Shown here: in pieces, positions 53,224 to 55,721 of the stretch | Layout: every line of letters starts with the position of its first letter | Numbering within the stretch: position 1 is the first letter of the stretch | NCBI GenBank assembly: GCA_949297665.1 | Contig: CASFTO010000023.1 | Span: 1 to 55,721 of the forward strand | Reading direction: 5' to 3' | Source: an uncultured Alphaproteobacteria bacterium | GTDB taxonomy: Bacteria; Pseudomonadota; Alphaproteobacteria; RF32; CAG-239 | Length of the DNA stretch: 55,721 bases | Made by a program: the position numbers and the translations under genes | The notes under the pieces: model-generated | Told to the model about the DNA's origin: nothing | Database searches by the model: none | Seen by the model: the letters and a program-made list of their open reading frames with translations, nothing else

Positions 53224-54063
53224 TTAAATTTTTCCATTATTAATAAATTTGACGGTAAAATTCAAAATTTTTTCGTTATTAAGCGTTTTGAAAGTATCAC
53301 CTTGAACAATGACAGTATTTTTTTTCTTATAATTGAATGCCGGTAGAGGAAATCCGATTAACTTTAAGAGTCTGAGGATAGCCATATATGTTTTAGAATT
53401 AGAAAATATTTTAAGAGTATTAAACTGACTAGGCAAATCTGGAATATTCTTAATATTATTTTCAGTCATATCTTCAATCATTGGACCACACAACAGTCTG
53501 GATAAGCGAAACTTAGCCAATAAGTCGCATAACAGACTTCCGGAAACAACCGGATTAATCGCCACAATATTTCGGATTCTCATTTTAGTCTGAAACGTTT
53601 GCAATTCCGGCGGAAGATTAAATAATTGCTGCAAGACAAGATTTCCAGCACCTTTTGTAACAAAAGAAACATTAGTAACATCCTCCATATGATTAAGGAA
53701 GAACAAAAGCTGATAAGCAGAGGCTAATGAATTTCGAAAAAGGGAAGGGTAATTAATGGCGGCAACAGTAGAGTTGGTAAGAACCAATTTTCGCCACAAA
53801 GGTTTAAAAATATTTTTGCCATCCATATACCCATGTAGCAAAACGACAAGATTACCTTTTTGTTTTGTGATTTCATAACTTTCAATATAACGGATAAAGG
53901 CCTTCTGACATTCTTCAAAAGAACCACTGGCACGACGTATATCCCAAGAGTCCAGTAGTCTATATCGTTTAGTACCGCAATGTCTTTGGATTCGCCATTT
54001 TTGATAAAAAAAGACATCTTCCCAAAAAAGCGAGCCGCCGAAAGTAAAAAAGTTAAAAGCCAT
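53224..54063 (-). CDS. Alpha/beta-hydrolase-fold protein with a degenerate nucleophile elbow
   Basis: WRIQ...RLLD N-domain, VVLLHG and INYPS. FVTKGAGN stands where FVxHSxGG is expected. Confidence 0.7.
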   Translation of the reverse strand: MAFNFFTFGGSLFWEDVFFYQKWRIQRHCGTKRYRLLDSWDIRRASGSFEECQKAFIRYIESYEITKQKGNLVVLLHGYMDGKNIFKPLWRKLVLTNSTVAAINYPSLFRNSLASAYQLLFFLNHMEDVTNVSFVTKGAGNLVLQQLFNLPPELQTFQTKMRIRNIVAINPVVSGSLLCDLLAKFRLSRLLCGPMIEDMTENNIKNIPDLPSQFNTLKIFSNSKTYMAILRLLKLIGFPLPAFNYKKKNTVIVQGDTFKTLNNEKILNFTVKFINNGKI

Positions 54064-54072
54064 CGGAGTCCT

Positions 54073-54504
54073 CTATATAGTTAAGGCTTTAACACTAGCC
54101 TGATTCGGAATAGCCGTTACAGTAACAAAAGCGGAGTCGTCCCCTTCCATCTGAATAAGAATTTGAACGGCGCGACCATTTTTCACATAAGTCATCTGAC
54201 TAATTCCCGCTCTTACGACGGCAATTTCGACCCATCCTTTTTTAGGCATTTCGGCAACATAGAAGTCAAAAACACGTCCCGCATTAAAATTAACTGTAAA
54301 ACAGATGCTACCAATCCAATTTTCACCGCTTCCCATTGTTTTGGAGTCTTCCAAAACTAAAAAAGCATCATCGGGAAAAGGAATATCAGGAAAGTTTTGA
54401 AAAACCATAGGGATTTCACGTCCGTCGGAACCCAACATTGGGGTAGGATCTTTGGCGCAACCACATAATAAAGCTAAAACAAGCAATAAATAAATTCTTT
54501 TCAT
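54073..54504 (-). CDS. Hypothetical lipoprotein (FxDIP ... FYxxxMPxxGW motif)
   Basis: AAGGAG RBS and LLCGC lipobox. Motif shared with the 1837-2211 protein. Confidence 0.8.
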   Translation of the reverse strand: MKRIYLLLVLALLCGCAKDPTPMLGSDGREIPMVFQNFPDIPFPDDAFLVLEDSKTMGSGENWIGSICFTVNFNAGRVFDFYVAEMPKKGWVEIAVVRAGISQMTYVKNGRAVQILIQMEGDDSAFVTVTAIPNQASVKALTI

Positions 54505-54743
54505 TTTATAATATCTCCTTTCTTTCAGCATAAATCAGATAAAGTTAACAAAAAGAAAACAAGAAGCTAATTCATAAAAGAAAAAGCACCGCATACCACA
54601 CCTATTATATATAAGGTAAGATACAGAGATTAAAAAATATTAGGAGTATGAATAAAGAGAAGGGGTGTGTGTAATAAAAACAAGGGTTTAGGAGGTGTGA
54701 TAAAATTTTTTTAAAAAAAAGTGAAAATTTTTAAAAAAAGTTA

Positions 54744-54772
54744 TTGACATTTGCAAAAGAGTGCCATATAAA
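54744..54772 (+). promoter_or_regulatory. rRNA operon promoter
   Basis: TTGACA-N17-TATAAA with A/T tracts upstream (UP-element-like) and CCCAC downstream. Confidence 0.85.
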
Positions 54773-54968
54773 CCCACTCACCGGCAGGGAAGAGCAAGCA
54801 AGAAAGCTTGAGAGATTCTTGCGGGTTGAGTTCAAAGGAGCTCGGTTATAAGAAATAGTGAAAAAGAGAAGAGGATATGTAGGCAGTATATATGAGAATA
54901 TGATGTCTATATATCGAAGGAACCTATAAATACTTTGAGAATAGACAGGATGAGAACTAACTCATAAA

Positions 54969-55721
54969 TAACATGAGAGTTTGATCCTGGCTCAGAACGA
55001 ACGCTGGCGGCAGGCTTAACACATGCAAGTTGAACGGGATTTGCTTATAGCTTGCTAGAAGCAATGAGAGTAGCGCACTGGTGAGTAACACGTGGGAACA
55101 TACCTTGAAGTGGGGGACAACAGTTGGAAACGACTGCTAATACCGCATAATCCCTGAGGGGGAAAGATTTATCGCTTTAAGATTGGCCCGCGGAAGATTA
55201 GGTAGTTGGTGGGGTAAAGGCCTACCAAGCCGACGATCTATAGCTGGTCTGAGAGGACGAACAGCCACATTGGAACTGAGACACGGTCCAGACTCCTACG
55301 GGAGGCAGCAGTGAGGAATATTGGGCAATGGAGGAAACTCTGACCCAGCCATGCCGCGTGAGTGAAGAAGGTTTTCGAATTGTAAAGCTCTTTCGGATGG
55401 GACGATGATGACGGTACCATCTAAAGAAGCCCCGGCAAACTTCGTGCCAGCAGCCGCGGTAATACGAAGGGGGCGAGCGTTGTTCGGAATTACTGGGCGT
55501 AAAGGGTGTGTAGGCGGATAAGTAAGATAGTGGTGAAATACCTGAGCTCAACTTAGGAATTGCCATTATAACTATAGATCTAGAGTGATAGAGAGGATAT
55601 TGGAATACCCAGTGTAGAGGTGAAATTCGTAGATATTGGGTAGAACACCAGTGGCGAAGGCGAGTATCTGGCTATCAACTGACGCTGAGGCACGAAAGCA
55701 TGGGGATCAAACAGGATTAGA
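54969..55721 (+). rRNA. rrs: 16S rRNA, 5' part (truncated by the window end)
   Basis: AGAGTTTGATCCTGGCTCAG at 54976, GAACGAACGCTGGCGGC (alphaproteobacterial type), ACTCCTACGGGAGGCAGCAG, GTGCCAGCAGCCGCGGTAA and CAAACAGGATTAGA. Confidence 0.99.

Noticed and set aside
55222-55566. ORFs 55222-55566 and 55238-55420
   Set aside because: They are antisense to the 16S rRNA gene and are well-known spurious translations.
1-55721. tRNA genes, IS elements and known metabolite riboswitches
   Set aside because: I saw no cloverleaf with T/D-loop consensus, no transposase ORF or terminal inverted repeats, and no riboswitch consensus by eye; a tRNAscan/Infernal run would be needed to exclude them formally.

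Overview
55.7 kb of AT-rich chromosome from an alphaproteobacterium, based on the 16S signature and the rpsT-dnaA, mfd/recG, ffs-dnaX-ybaB-recR and SPOR-nagZ gene order. A gut RF32/Rhodospirillales-like uncultured lineage is my inference, not a database result. The window runs from the 5' end of dnaA (missed by the ORF track) to the first ~750 nt of a 16S rRNA gene, and most of the middle is housekeeping. Four regions stand out. (1) A 1.1 kb rpsT-dnaA spacer carries a higher-order 26-28 bp repeat array and a duplicated operator-like 25-mer. (2) An accessory islet after recG holds a two-domain Cys-rich lipoprotein, convergent with a T4-lysozyme-type muramidase (E-x8-D-x5-T). It also holds an outer-membrane beta-barrel gene whose leader has the base-pairing logic of a phage C4/CI-type antisense RNA overlapping a terminator. 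(3) dnaX has A9 and A10 runs just after domain III, with nearby stops in both alternative frames. (4) A ~17 kb minus-strand cluster encodes five tandem VirB6/TrbL-like membrane protein units (one split into two genes, one with a ~650 aa tail). It also encodes a double-HTH regulator with a dead S24-like domain, a 1013 aa acidic repeat protein, a secretin-like lipoprotein and a catalytically dead alpha/beta-hydrolase, with no ATPase or other T4SS core gene in the window. Region 4 is the best candidate for an undescribed envelope machine, and the C4-like leader in region 2 is the best candidate for an undescribed regulatory element. All calls are by-eye motif recognition; no searches or folding programs were run.
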